DNA of 64,000 nucleotides. Source: Actinomycetota bacterium. GTDB lineage: Bacteria > Actinomycetota > CADDZG01 > WHSQ01. The notes beneath the pieces are model-generated. The model was given only the letters and a program-made list of their open reading frames with translations, was not told where the DNA came from and did not search any database. Below, in pieces: positions 46,244 to 55,202 of this stretch. The translations under genes and the position numbers were made by a program. Location of the stretch: positions 677 through 64,676 of the forward strand of contig JBHEMX010000092.1 of NCBI GenBank assembly GCA_046262355.1, written 5' to 3'. How positions within the stretch are numbered: the first letter of the stretch is position 1; the number at the start of each line of letters is the position of its first letter.

Positions 46244-46260
46244 CGAGCGCCGGTGTCCCA

Positions 46261-46290
46261 GGCGTCAGAGGAAGCGGCGTCAGAGGAAGC
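46261..46290. repeat. perfect 15-nt tandem duplication carrying the rplM Shine-Dalgarno
   Basis: GGCGTCAGAGGAAGC at 46261-46275 and 46276-46290. The rplM ATG is at 46292. Confidence 0.9.
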
Positions 46291-46291
46291 G

Positions 46292-46783
46292 ATGAAGACC
46301 CACTCAACGAAGCCAAGTGAGATCACCCGCGACTGGTGGCTCGTGGACGCCGACGGGGTCGTGCTCGGCCGCCTTGCATCCGAGGTTGCGAAGCGGCTAC
46401 GCGGCAAACACAAGCCCAACTTCGCGCCCTACCTCGACTGCGGCGACCACGTGGTCGTCGTGAACGCGTCGAAGGTGCTCCTCACCGGCAACAAGGTCAT
46501 CGACAAGAAGATGTTCCGCCACTCTGGTTACCCCGGCGGACTGAAGACGGTCGCGTACGAGAAGCTCATGGCGACCAAGCCGGAGATCGCGATCGAGAAG
46601 GCGGTCAAGGGCATGCTCCCGGGCAACCGGCTCGGCAGGGCGATGATCAAGAAGATGAAGGTCTATCGTGGCGCCGAGCATCCCCACGGCGCGCAGAACC
46701 CCCAAACGCTGGACCTCAAGCCGATCGCGGCGCCGCACGACCCAACGCAGGCGCACACGATCGAGGAGGTAACCCATGGCTGA
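46292..46783 (+). CDS. rplM: 50S ribosomal protein L13
   Basis: ATG 46292. [31 protein letters not shown]. Confidence 0.96.
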   Translation: MKTHSTKPSEITRDWWLVDADGVVLGRLASEVAKRLRGKHKPNFAPYLDCGDHVVVVNASKVLLTGNKVIDKKMFRHSGYPGGLKTVAYEKLMATKPEIAIEKAVKGMLPGNRLGRAMIKKMKVYRGAEHPHGAQNPQTLDLKPIAAPHDPTQAHTIEEVTHG

Positions 46784-47168
46784 GGAGCTGGCCAGGGCGA
46801 CCGGGAGGCGCAAGGAAGCCGTGTGCCGCGCTCGCCTCATGGAGGGAAGCGGCAGGTGGCAGATCAACGGGCGTCCGCTCGAGGACTACTTCCCGAGCCA
46901 GGCGCACCGCATGATCATCTCCGAGCCGCTGCGCTTGACGAGGACCGAGGGTCGCTACGACGTCCGCGCCAAGCTCGAGGGTGGCGGGGTCAGCGGCCAG
47001 GCCGGGGCGCTGCGTCACGCGCTCGCCCGGGCCCTCGTGGAGCTCGATCCCGACCTGCGCGCCGCGCTCAAGAAAGCAGGCTTCCTCACGCGCGACGCGC
47101 GCGAGAAGGAGCGGCGCAAGTACGGGCTCAAGAAGGCGCGCAAGGCGCCGCAGTACTCCAAGCGCTAG
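46776..47168 (+). CDS. rpsI: 30S ribosomal protein S9
   Basis: [12 protein letters not shown]...[19 protein letters not shown]...[17 protein letters not shown]. Confidence 0.97.
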   Translation: MAEELARATGRRKEAVCRARLMEGSGRWQINGRPLEDYFPSQAHRMIISEPLRLTRTEGRYDVRAKLEGGGVSGQAGALRHALARALVELDPDLRAALKKAGFLTRDAREKERRKYGLKKARKAPQYSKR

Positions 47169-47187
47169 GCGGTGGAGGAGACAAGGT

Positions 47188-48189
47188 CTATAGGTTCGAC
47201 GAGTGCCCGGGGAAGAGCTGTAGCGCCGGGTTGATCACCGTCGCCGCGTTGTTCACGGCGGTGGCGCCCTCTCCGAAGCCCACCGAGATCAGCTTCACCT
47301 TTCCTGCGTAGTCGGTGATGTCGCCCGCGGCGAAGACGCGTGGGAGATTGGTCGCCATGGTCGTGTCGACCGCGATCTGACGCTTGTGCAGCTCCAGCCC
47401 CCACTCCTTGAGCGGGCCGAGATCTGCGGTGAACCCCAGGGCCGCGACGACGGCGCCTACCTTCAGGATCGTGTGTTCGCCCGTCTTCTTGTTGATGACC
47501 TCGGCCTCTTCCACGCGCCCGTCTCCTCTGAGATGCACGACCTCGGTCGAGGTCAGCACGGTGACCGAGGAAGCGAGGACCTTCTGGACGGAGTGCTCGT
47601 GTGCCCGGAAGCTGTCTCTGCGATGGATCAACGTGACGTTGTGCGCGAGCGGCTCGAGGGCCATGGCCCAGTCGAAGGCGCTGTCGCCTCCTCCGACGAT
47701 CAACACGTCGAGCCCTGCGAGCTTGGTGAGCTCGGGTACGAAGTACTGCAGTCCTTTGCCCTCGAACTCCGCGGCGTTGGGCAGCGGGCGAGGGGTGAAC
47801 GTTCCCATGCCGCCGGTGATGATGATCGCCTTGCACGTCACCTCGGTGGTGCGGTGGCTCTGCACGGTGAGCGTCTCGTCGGCGTTGTGTGTGAGCTTCT
47901 GAGCGCGATGGCCGAGCAGATAACAGGGGTTGAACGGCGCAGTCTGGGCAACCAGGTTCGTGACGAGGTCTTGACCCTTGATGGCGGGGAAGCCGGCGAC
48001 GTCGTAGATGAGCTTCTCGGGGTACATCGCGGTGACCTGGCCCCCCGGCTCCGTGAGCGAGTCCATGAGCGCGGTCGTGAGCCCCCGGAACCCCGCGTAA
48101 TAGGCGGCGTAGAGGCCGACCGGCCCCGCGCCGATGATGAGCAGATCCACATCGAGCTCGTCGATCTCTGGGTTTAATCCTTCGGTCAT
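47188..48189 (-). CDS. ferredoxin-NADP(+) reductase, thioredoxin-reductase-like (YumC type)
   Basis: DLLIIGAGPVGLYAAYYAGFRGL...EPGGQVTAMYPEKLIYDVAGFP...VGGGDSAFDWA. 333 aa. Confidence 0.8.
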   Translation of the reverse strand: MTEGLNPEIDELDVDLLIIGAGPVGLYAAYYAGFRGLTTALMDSLTEPGGQVTAMYPEKLIYDVAGFPAIKGQDLVTNLVAQTAPFNPCYLLGHRAQKLTHNADETLTVQSHRTTEVTCKAIIITGGMGTFTPRPLPNAAEFEGKGLQYFVPELTKLAGLDVLIVGGGDSAFDWAMALEPLAHNVTLIHRRDSFRAHEHSVQKVLASSVTVLTSTEVVHLRGDGRVEEAEVINKKTGEHTILKVGAVVAALGFTADLGPLKEWGLELHKRQIAVDTTMATNLPRVFAAGDITDYAGKVKLISVGFGEGATAVNNAATVINPALQLFPGHSSNL

Positions 48190-48318
48190 CGCTCTTCCGG
48201 CTGCCCCGTGTTCCGTGTGAACGTGTCTCCGGAGGGTAGATCACATCTGGCTGTGAGGCCCCACCGAGGTGAAGGATGGCGGGGAGCCGGCGATCGTGGT
48301 TCCGGCGGCTCGGAGGCC

Positions 48319-48341
48319 ATTGTATGGAAATCGTATACAAT
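48319..48341. promoter_or_regulatory. candidate GntR operator (inverted repeat with GTATAC core) upstream of the regulator gene
   Basis: ATTGTAT (48319-48325), 9 nt, ATACAAT (48335-48341). GTATAC at 48333-48338. AT-rich island in a GC-rich context. Confidence 0.35.
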
Positions 48342-48352
48342 AAGTGATAGCG

Positions 48353-49060
48353 ATGGCGAACCCGCGGAGCAGGTTGCTCTCTCAGCAGATATTCGAGCGG
48401 CTCGAGACCGACATCGTGGACCGCATCCACCCTCCCGGGGCGCACCTCGTGGAAGACTCGATAGCGGCCGAGCTCGGCGTGTCCCGCACGCCGGTTCGGG
48501 AAGCGTTCCGGATGCTCCAGCGCGCCGGGTGGCTCGAGTTCCATCCCCATTCCGGCGCCTACGTTCGTCATCCGACGATGGATGAGGTGCGCGAGGTCTT
48601 CGAGCTGCGCCAATCGTTGGAGGAGAAGGCGACGCGCCTCGCGGCCGAACGCATCACCGAGGCGCAGCGCAAGGAGCTGGCCAAGCTGATAGAGCGAGGT
48701 TGGCGCGCCGTGGCGCGATCAGATGTGAAGGCGCTTGCGTCTCTCAACTCGGCCTTCCACGCCACGATCGCGGAGGCGGCGCGCAACCAGATCCTCAAGC
48801 GGATCCTCGACGACCTCGGCAAACAGGTGCGCTGGCATTTCTCCGCCGTCGCCGCGGTGCGAGGTGAGGCCTCGTGGACCGAGCACGAGGAGATCCTCGA
48901 GGCGATAGATCGCGGCGAGGCAGAGCGCGCCGGCGAATTGGCCGTGGCCCACAGCCACAGGACACAGGAGACGTTCTTCGCTCGGTTCCTCAGCGGCGGC
49001 GTGGTCGATCCGGCGCGCGTGGTGGCGCTCGACGGCGGAGGAACCGCCGCGCCGCGCTAA
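48353..49060 (+). CDS. GntR-family transcriptional regulator (FadR/FCD subfamily)
   Basis: wHTH IAAELGVSRTPVREAFRMLQRAGWLEF plus a helical FCD-like C-terminus. GTG 48344 is an alternative start. Confidence 0.85.
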   Translation: MANPRSRLLSQQIFERLETDIVDRIHPPGAHLVEDSIAAELGVSRTPVREAFRMLQRAGWLEFHPHSGAYVRHPTMDEVREVFELRQSLEEKATRLAAERITEAQRKELAKLIERGWRAVARSDVKALASLNSAFHATIAEAARNQILKRILDDLGKQVRWHFSAVAAVRGEASWTEHEEILEAIDRGEAERAGELAVAHSHRTQETFFARFLSGGVVDPARVVALDGGGTAAPR

Positions 49061-49097
49061 AGCGTGGCGCGTGCCAGATCCCGTATACGACGATAAC

Positions 49098-49490
49098 TCA
49101 TCCACTCGGCGCCCTCTCGGTCACGGCTCCGTTCCACACCAGCCTCAGTCCCATGAGCGCGAGGAAGGCGCCGAAGTAGAGCTGCAACAAGTCTGCCGGC
49201 AACTCTAGGGCGAGTCTCGCGCCCAGGAACGCGCCGCCCACACCACCCAACCCGAGCAGCGCAGCATGAGGGAAGGAAACGAAGTCCTTCTTGCGATGCA
49301 CGAGCACCCCGGCGATCGCGGTGGGAACTATGACCAACAGGGAGGTGCCTTCGGCGAGGTGCTGACCCTCTTCCAGCACGAGCGCCATGAAGGGGACCAT
49401 GAGCAGGCCGCCTCCAACACCGAAGAGGGCCGAGAGCACCCCGACGGCGATCCCGGCGGCGACCGTGATGAGGATGAGCTCGACCGTCAC
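49098..49490 (-). CDS. TauE/SafE-family exporter, C-terminal half-protein (4 TM)
   Basis: GTG 49490 (VTVELILITVAAGIAVGVLSALFGVGGGLLMVPFM...). Forms a GTGA overlap with the stop of the upstream half-gene. Confidence 0.75.
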   Translation of the reverse strand: MTVELILITVAAGIAVGVLSALFGVGGGLLMVPFMALVLEEGQHLAEGTSLLVIVPTAIAGVLVHRKKDFVSFPHAALLGLGGVGGAFLGARLALELPADLLQLYFGAFLALMGLRLVWNGAVTERAPSG

Positions 49491-49852
49491 GGCCACAGCA
49501 GCCGGACGGCAACCGCGAGCATGAGAACGCCGAACATCACCTTGAGTGGGCCCTCGCCCGCGCGCGCCATGACGCGCGCCCCGATCGGCGCGCCGACGAG
49601 GCTTCCGGCTGCAAGAGCTGCGGCCACCGCGTAGTCGACCTCCCCTGCGAACGCGAAGGTGGCTGCTCCCACCGCGGCTATCGGGACGATCGCCGCGAGG
49701 GACGTCGCATGCGCTCGATGCTGCGTGAATCCGACAAGCGTCAGCAGTGGCACCATGACGATCCCGCCGCCGACGCCGAGGAGACCGCTCGCGACGCCTG
49801 CGGTCAATCCGAACAAGAGCGCGAGCGACCGCCGCCGGGCCTCCGACACCAT
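49487..49852 (-). CDS. TauE/SafE-family exporter, N-terminal half-protein (4 TM)
   Basis: ATG 49852, MVSEARRRSLALLFGLTAGVASGLLGVGGGIVMVPLL...; it is the tail of the run-on ORF 49487..50782. Confidence 0.75.
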   Translation of the reverse strand: MVSEARRRSLALLFGLTAGVASGLLGVGGGIVMVPLLTLVGFTQHRAHATSLAAIVPIAAVGAATFAFAGEVDYAVAAALAAGSLVGAPIGARVMARAGEGPLKVMFGVLMLAVAVRLLWP

Positions 49853-49891
49853 GGCGCGATCGTACACGGGCTGGACGTTGTTGCATTCATG

Positions 49892-49901
49892 TTGTATACA
49901 G
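49892..49901. promoter_or_regulatory. candidate GntR operator in the divergent TauE / ABC-operon promoter region
   Basis: TTGTATACAG with palindromic core TGTATACA. Third GTATAC in 1.6 kb (others at 48333 and 49083). Confidence 0.3.
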
Positions 49902-49978
49902 TTCGTGTGACCGAAGGAGGCCGTAGGGGGGACGGGTTGGCTCACCAGGCGGGAGAGCTTCGGCGGCAGGAGTTCGAT

Positions 49979-50800
49979 GTGTTGCGCGAGAAGAACGGCG
50001 GCCGGCGCTTGACCGAGGTCGGCGCGCCGTCCGGGTCCCTTGCCGAGGGCGGCATCCGGATCGACGATCTCTCCAAGACCTACGTCCGCACGACGGGGAC
50101 CGAGATCATCCGTACCCACGCGCTCAAGGGCGTCGAGGTGCGCGTCAGGCCCAAGGAGTTCGTCTCCCTCATCGGCCCCTCGGGCTGCGGCAAGACGACG
50201 GTGCTCAAGATCATCGCAGGGCTGCTGACCCCCAGTGACGGCGAGGTCTGGATCGGGGACAAGAAGGTAGAGGGTCCCGGCACCGACCGCGCAACGGTGT
50301 TCCAGTACCCGGGCCTGATGCCGTGGAAGAACGTAGTCGACAACGTCGTCTTGGCGCTGGAGTTCGCCAAGGTGCCCAAGGACGAGCGCCTGCCCCGTGC
50401 GATCCGCTACGTCGATCTCGTCGGTCTCTCTGAGTTCCACGGTCACTATCCCAATGAGCTCTCGGGCGGCATGCAGCAGCGCGTCGGGCTGGCGCGCGCC
50501 CTCGCGATCGAGCCGAACGTTCTCTTGATGGACGAGCCGTTCGGGGCGCTCGACGCGATCACACGGGCACACATGCAGACGGAGCTCGTGCGCATCTGGG
50601 AGCAGGAGAAGAAGACGGTCCTCTTCGTAACTCACTCCATCGACGAAGCGATCCTGTTGTCGGACCGGATAGCCGTGATGAAGGACGGGGCCGTGTTGCA
50701 GGAGGTGACCGTTTCGATCCCTCGACCTCGCACGAGGGAGGGGCTGGTCGAGGATCAAGTGGCCATAGCACTCAAGCGGCAACTCGTGTCGTTGCTCTGA
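49979..50800 (+). CDS. ABC transporter ATP-binding protein (TauB/SsuB/NitT-type)
   Basis: GPSGCGKTT (Walker A), LSGGMQQR (signature), LLMDEPFGALD (Walker B). GTG 49979 lies 6 nt after AGGAG. TTG 49937 is an alternative. Confidence 0.85.
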   Translation: MLREKNGGRRLTEVGAPSGSLAEGGIRIDDLSKTYVRTTGTEIIRTHALKGVEVRVRPKEFVSLIGPSGCGKTTVLKIIAGLLTPSDGEVWIGDKKVEGPGTDRATVFQYPGLMPWKNVVDNVVLALEFAKVPKDERLPRAIRYVDLVGLSEFHGHYPNELSGGMQQRVGLARALAIEPNVLLMDEPFGALDAITRAHMQTELVRIWEQEKKTVLFVTHSIDEAILLSDRIAVMKDGAVLQEVTVSIPRPRTREGLVEDQVAIALKRQLVSLL

Positions 50801-50812
50801 AGGGAGACAGAC

Positions 50813-51625
50813 ATGGCGATCGCCATCGAACGAGAGCGCATACCCCGCGGCGTCGCACTTCGACGGGAGTACGTCAGCTGGGAGCGCTTCGCCCAGATAG
50901 CGCTTCTTGCCGGCATCCTGATCACCTGGGAGATCGTGGGTCGGAGGGTGGGAGACTTCTTCCTCGCACCCCCGTCCTCGGTCGTGGGCGCGGCCGGCGA
51001 GATGCTCGAGAGCGGTGAGCTCTTGCGCGCGGTGCGAGACAGCCTCACCTCACTCTTCACCGGATACGGCCTCGGAGCGTTCATCGGGATCACGCTGGGG
51101 TTCCTGATGGGCTGGTACAAGCCGGTCGGCAAGGTGCTCAATCCCTTCGTCTCGGCGGTCTACGTCACCCCGGTTGCAGCTCTCGTGCCCGTGCTGATCA
51201 TCTGGTTCGGGCTCGGATTCGTGCCGCGCGTCCTTTCGGTGCTTCTCTTCTGCGTCTTCGAGATACTCGTCAGCACCTACACGGGGGTGAAGAACATCGA
51301 TCCGATGCTCGTCGATGTCTCTCGCTCTTTCGGAGCCAGACGCATCGAGCTCTTCCGCAAGGTCGTGTTCTTCGGCTCCTTGCCGTACATCTTCGCGGGG
51401 CTTCGGATGGGAGCTGCTCGGGCGATCAAGGGCATGGTGATCGCCGAGCTGCTTTTCGCGGTGACGGGGATAGGGGGCGCGATCCAAACCGCCGCCAACT
51501 ACTACCGCACAGACAAGGTGTTCGTGTACGTGATCGTGTTAGGCGTCATGGGAGTTGCTCTCTCCGGGGTCGTGCAACTCATGGAGCGCTTGTCAACCCC
51601 GTGGAAGCTGGAGCGGTCAGCCTGA
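50813..51625 (+). CDS. ABC transporter permease (TauC/SsuC-type)
   Basis: 270 aa, about 6 TM. Conserved loop FGARRIELFRKVVFFGSLPYIFAGLRMGAARAIKGMVIAE. Confidence 0.85.
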   Translation: MAIAIERERIPRGVALRREYVSWERFAQIALLAGILITWEIVGRRVGDFFLAPPSSVVGAAGEMLESGELLRAVRDSLTSLFTGYGLGAFIGITLGFLMGWYKPVGKVLNPFVSAVYVTPVAALVPVLIIWFGLGFVPRVLSVLLFCVFEILVSTYTGVKNIDPMLVDVSRSFGARRIELFRKVVFFGSLPYIFAGLRMGAARAIKGMVIAELLFAVTGIGGAIQTAANYYRTDKVFVYVIVLGVMGVALSGVVQLMERLSTPWKLERSA

Positions 51626-51651
51626 CGGCTGAGGGAGCACTGGGAGGAACG

Positions 51652-52653
51652 ATGAGACGGGTGAAGTGGATCGGCCTCTGTCTGAGCGTCCTGTTGCTGG
51701 GCGCCGCATGTGGAGACGACGGCGGCGGCGGAGGCTCGGGCGGCGACGACGAGGCTTCGACCGAGGCGATGAAGGTTGCGTACGCCTCGGACCTCGACCC
51801 GAACGACATCGCCGACCAGTTGGGGATCGACCAGGCGGGCGCAGAGGTTGTCGAGCTCACAGAGGACAGCGCCGTGGTCGCCGGTCTCATCCGAGGCGAC
51901 ATCGACGTCGGCAACATCGGTCTCACCGAAGCCATCAAAGCGGTCCAGACCGGTGTGCCGCTCAAGATCTTCTATGTCTCGCAGAAGCGCTTCGAGTTCG
52001 TGATGGTATCCCAGGCGCCGATAGAGACCTTCAACCAGCTGGCCGACAAGAAGGTCGCGTATCATGCTCCCGGCTCCGGCACGGAGATCCTCCAGCGCGT
52101 GCTCGTGCGCCAGTACGATCCGCAGCTCGAGAAGGAGATCGACTGGGTGGTTCTCCCCGAGTCGCCTAACCGAGCGGCGGCCATGCTCGCCGGCGAGATC
52201 GACGTGACCTCTCTGGAGTTCGCCGACGTGCTCACGCTTCAAGAGGAAGGCGACTTCAACGTCCTCGGCACGTGGTCGGACATCGAAGGCGATAGCAAGG
52301 ATGCGATCTCGACGGTCTGGGTCGCGAGCGAGGAGTCCTACGAAGACAACCGTTCGGCCATAGAAACCTTGGCCACCGACCTGCAGGAGGGCTACGACGC
52401 CTTCTACGACGACAAGGATGCGTGGATGCAGCGCGCCGGCGAGGAGCTTCCGGACGTCGACGAGGAGCGTCTCTCGAAGTCCTACGACTTCTACAAGGAG
52501 ATCCAGATGTATCCGGTTGCCGGTCAACCTCCCCTCACCCCCGAGCTGTGGAAGACCATGGACGGCTTCTTCAGGCAGATCGGCGAGTACGAGGACCCTG
52601 CCAGCGACGACATCGTCGACTACGAGATCATCGAGCAGGCATCCGGAGCGTGA
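51652..52653 (+). CDS. ABC transporter substrate-binding lipoprotein (NMT1/SsuA/TauA-like)
   Basis: ATG 51652 after GGGAGGA. MRRVKWIGLCLSVLLLGAACGDDGGGGG (lipobox-like), then a periplasmic-binding fold. Confidence 0.75.
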   Translation: MRRVKWIGLCLSVLLLGAACGDDGGGGGSGGDDEASTEAMKVAYASDLDPNDIADQLGIDQAGAEVVELTEDSAVVAGLIRGDIDVGNIGLTEAIKAVQTGVPLKIFYVSQKRFEFVMVSQAPIETFNQLADKKVAYHAPGSGTEILQRVLVRQYDPQLEKEIDWVVLPESPNRAAAMLAGEIDVTSLEFADVLTLQEEGDFNVLGTWSDIEGDSKDAISTVWVASEESYEDNRSAIETLATDLQEGYDAFYDDKDAWMQRAGEELPDVDEERLSKSYDFYKEIQMYPVAGQPPLTPELWKTMDGFFRQIGEYEDPASDDIVDYEIIEQASGA

Positions 52654-52687
52654 GGCTTCTCTTGCGTTGCGCCGGCCGCTCGCCTAG

Positions 52688-54241
52688 GTGACTGAGCGAG
52701 CCGCCAACGCTCTCCGCGAGGGGATGGTTGCCACCAGCCATCCGCTCGCCGTCCAAGCCGGCCTCGAGATGCTCGAGGCGGGAGGAGGTGCGGCGGACGC
52801 AGCGGTTGCATCCGCCGCCGTTCTCTCGGTGGCCGACCCGAGGTCCACAGGGATCGGCGGGGATCTGTTCGCCCTCTTCTGGGCCGACGGCGCAAGGCGT
52901 CCTGTGGGACTGGCCGCCGCCGGGCCCGCACCCGCCGGTCTCTCTGTGGCCTCCCTGAGAGGGGCAGGCTTCGACGCCATGCCGCTCGAGGGGCCGTGGT
53001 CGATCACGGTTCCGGGTTCGGTCGCCGGGTGGGGTGAGCTGCTCGCGCGCTTCGGCAAGCTGGGCCTGGATCGCGTTCTGCAGCCGGCGATCGTGCTCGC
53101 GCGGCGAGGATCCGAGGTCACTCCGGTCATCGCCGAGGAATGGAAGAGCAGCGAGACCAAGCTGCGGCGCAACGAGGCTGCGCGCGCGACGTTTCTCTCG
53201 GCCGGCAGAGCGCCCGCGGCCGGCGAGCGGTTCTCGAACGCGCGCCTCGGCGACGTCCTCGACCGGATCTGCAGACAAGGGCGCGATGCCTTCTATCGCG
53301 GCCGGGTGGCGGAGCGCATCGAGGATGCGGTGAGACGCGCCGGCGGCCCTCTGTGCGCGCTCGACCTCGAGAGCTGGAGCGGGCCCGAGTGGGTAGAGCC
53401 GATCCGGCGCCGCTTCCGGGACATCGACATCTTCGAGATGCCTCCGCCCGGGCAGGGCATGGTCGTGCTGGAGGCGACCGGGATCTACCAAGGCCTGTCC
53501 CTCGGCGATCGCGTCGATGAGGAGCACGGCGCGATCGAGGCGTTGAAGCTGGCCCTGAGTGACGCCGGCGCCTACGTCGCCGATCCGCTCGTGGAGGCGG
53601 TTCCGACGCAGGCCCTGCTGTCCGAAGCGTATCTTGCGACGCGGCGCGCCGGCATCGACATGCAGCGCGCTCAACCCGGGCGAGCAGGGTCACCCTCGGA
53701 CACGGTCTACGTCGCGGCGGCGGACGCGGATGGGTGTGCTTGCTCGCTCATCCAGAGCCTCTACGAAGGATTCGGCTCGGGCATCGGTGTACCCGGCACG
53801 GGTATCGTGCTGCAGAATCGCGGCGCCAACTTCGTGCTCGACGATGCCCATCCCAACCGCCCTGCCCCCGGCAAGCGGCCCTACCACACGATCATCCCCT
53901 CGATGCTGGGAGCAGACGGTTCCTTCCTTGCATGCCTCGGCGTCGTCGGGGGCTTCATGCAACCCCAGGGACAGTTCCAGATCATCAGGAACCTAGTCGA
54001 CCGCGACATGGATCCTCGGTCCGCCGTGGATGCGCCACGCTTCCGGGTGCTTGGAGGCAACAGGGTGGGCTTCGAGGCAGGCTTCGACCGCCCCACGATC
54101 GATGCCCTGCAGACCCGTGGTCACGAGATCGCGGCGCTCGGCCGCTTCGAAGCCGGCGGGGCGCAGCTCGTGATGCGGCGCGGCGATCGTTACGCCGGTG
54201 CTTCCGATCCCCGCAAGGGAGGACGCGTTGGCTCCCACTGA
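52688..54241 (+). CDS. gamma-glutamyltransferase-family protein without signal peptide
   Basis: GMVATSHPLA...GGDLFALFW...SDTVYVAAADADGCACSLIQSL (autoprocessing Thr region)...KRPYHTIIPSM...GGFMQPQGQFQ. GTG start. Confidence 0.85.
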   Translation: MTERAANALREGMVATSHPLAVQAGLEMLEAGGGAADAAVASAAVLSVADPRSTGIGGDLFALFWADGARRPVGLAAAGPAPAGLSVASLRGAGFDAMPLEGPWSITVPGSVAGWGELLARFGKLGLDRVLQPAIVLARRGSEVTPVIAEEWKSSETKLRRNEAARATFLSAGRAPAAGERFSNARLGDVLDRICRQGRDAFYRGRVAERIEDAVRRAGGPLCALDLESWSGPEWVEPIRRRFRDIDIFEMPPPGQGMVVLEATGIYQGLSLGDRVDEEHGAIEALKLALSDAGAYVADPLVEAVPTQALLSEAYLATRRAGIDMQRAQPGRAGSPSDTVYVAAADADGCACSLIQSLYEGFGSGIGVPGTGIVLQNRGANFVLDDAHPNRPAPGKRPYHTIIPSMLGADGSFLACLGVVGGFMQPQGQFQIIRNLVDRDMDPRSAVDAPRFRVLGGNRVGFEAGFDRPTIDALQTRGHEIAALGRFEAGGAQLVMRRGDRYAGASDPRKGGRVGSH

Positions 54242-55202
54242 GAGCGCCTCGCGCCTCGCTCTCTTCGGCCTCGGAGGGGTCGGGCGCGCTTTCTTGCAAC
54301 TGCTCCATGAGGGAAGGGTCCCCGTGCAGCTCGTCGCCGCGGCCGATTCGCGCGGCGTCCTCATGGGCCGGCTCGATCCGGTCGAGGTCCTGGAAGCGAA
54401 GCTGAGCGGAGGCTTGCCGCAGGGTCCCTCGCGCGACGAGGTCATCGAGGAGCTTCGGCCTCACGTCATCGTCGACTTGATGTCGTGCGCGTTCGATACG
54501 GGTGAGCCCTCCCTGTCACTGATCGCCGCCGGGCTCGTGCGGGGTGCGGCGGTGGTGACGGCGAACAAGGCTCCGCTGGTGCACGCATGGGGCAGGCTGC
54601 AGGAGCTCGCGGCCTCGGGCGGCTGCATGATCCGCTACTCGGCCGCCGCAGGCGCCGCGCTTCCGGCGGTGGCCGTCGCGAAGGCGCTCGCGAGAGCAGA
54701 TCGCCTCGAGGCCTTCGAGGGTGTCCTCACCGGAACGACGACGTTCGTGCTGGATGAGGTGGCCGGCGGAGCGAGCTTCGACGATGCCGTGAGGCGCGCC
54801 CAGAGCGCCGGCATCGCAGAACCCGATCCGACCATCGATCTCGATGGATGGGACACCGCCGCCAAGGTGGTCATCCTCGCCAACACCATCTGGGGTTGCG
54901 ACCTGTCGCTCGAGGAGGTCGCCGTGAGAGGCATCGACCGCGTCGACCGTGCACGACCACACGGCCGCATGCGGCTCGTGGGCCGCGCGCGTCGCGGCCA
55001 GGGAGGCTCGGTCCATGCGGCGGTTGCACCCTTGAACGTGCCCGACGATCATCCGCTCGCGGGACTCCAGGGTCGCGACAAGGGCGTCTTGTTCCACGGC
55101 CGTGACACGGGCGACGTCCTCGTCTCCGGCGGACGCTCACATCCTCGCGGCGCGGCCGCGGCAGCGCTCGGCGATGTCGTCGAAGTCGTGGCGGAGCGAT
55201 GA
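54228..55202 (+). CDS. homoserine-dehydrogenase-family oxidoreductase
   Basis: TTG 54228 after AAGGGAGGA. LFGLGGVGRAFLQLL (Rossmann), VTANKAPL, GVLTGTTTFVLDE, AEPDPTIDLDGWDTAAKVVILAN. Overlaps the GGT gene by 14 nt. Confidence 0.75.
   Translation: MAPTESASRLALFGLGGVGRAFLQLLHEGRVPVQLVAAADSRGVLMGRLDPVEVLEAKLSGGLPQGPSRDEVIEELRPHVIVDLMSCAFDTGEPSLSLIAAGLVRGAAVVTANKAPLVHAWGRLQELAASGGCMIRYSAAAGAALPAVAVAKALARADRLEAFEGVLTGTTTFVLDEVAGGASFDDAVRRAQSAGIAEPDPTIDLDGWDTAAKVVILANTIWGCDLSLEEVAVRGIDRVDRARPHGRMRLVGRARRGQGGSVHAAVAPLNVPDDHPLAGLQGRDKGVLFHGRDTGDVLVSGGRSHPRGAAAAALGDVVEVVAER

Noticed and set aside
49709-49978. Long N-terminal extension of the ABC ATPase (ORF-track start 49709)
   Set aside because: The extension is antisense to the TauE half-gene and Arg/Gly-rich. 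An AGGAG SD 6 nt before GTG 49979 gives a normal-length ATPase.
49487-50782. 431-aa minus-strand ORF overlapping the ABC ATPase gene
   Set aside because: Only its last 121 codons (from ATG 49852) are membrane-protein-like (TauE half). The rest is antisense to the clearly recognisable ATPase.
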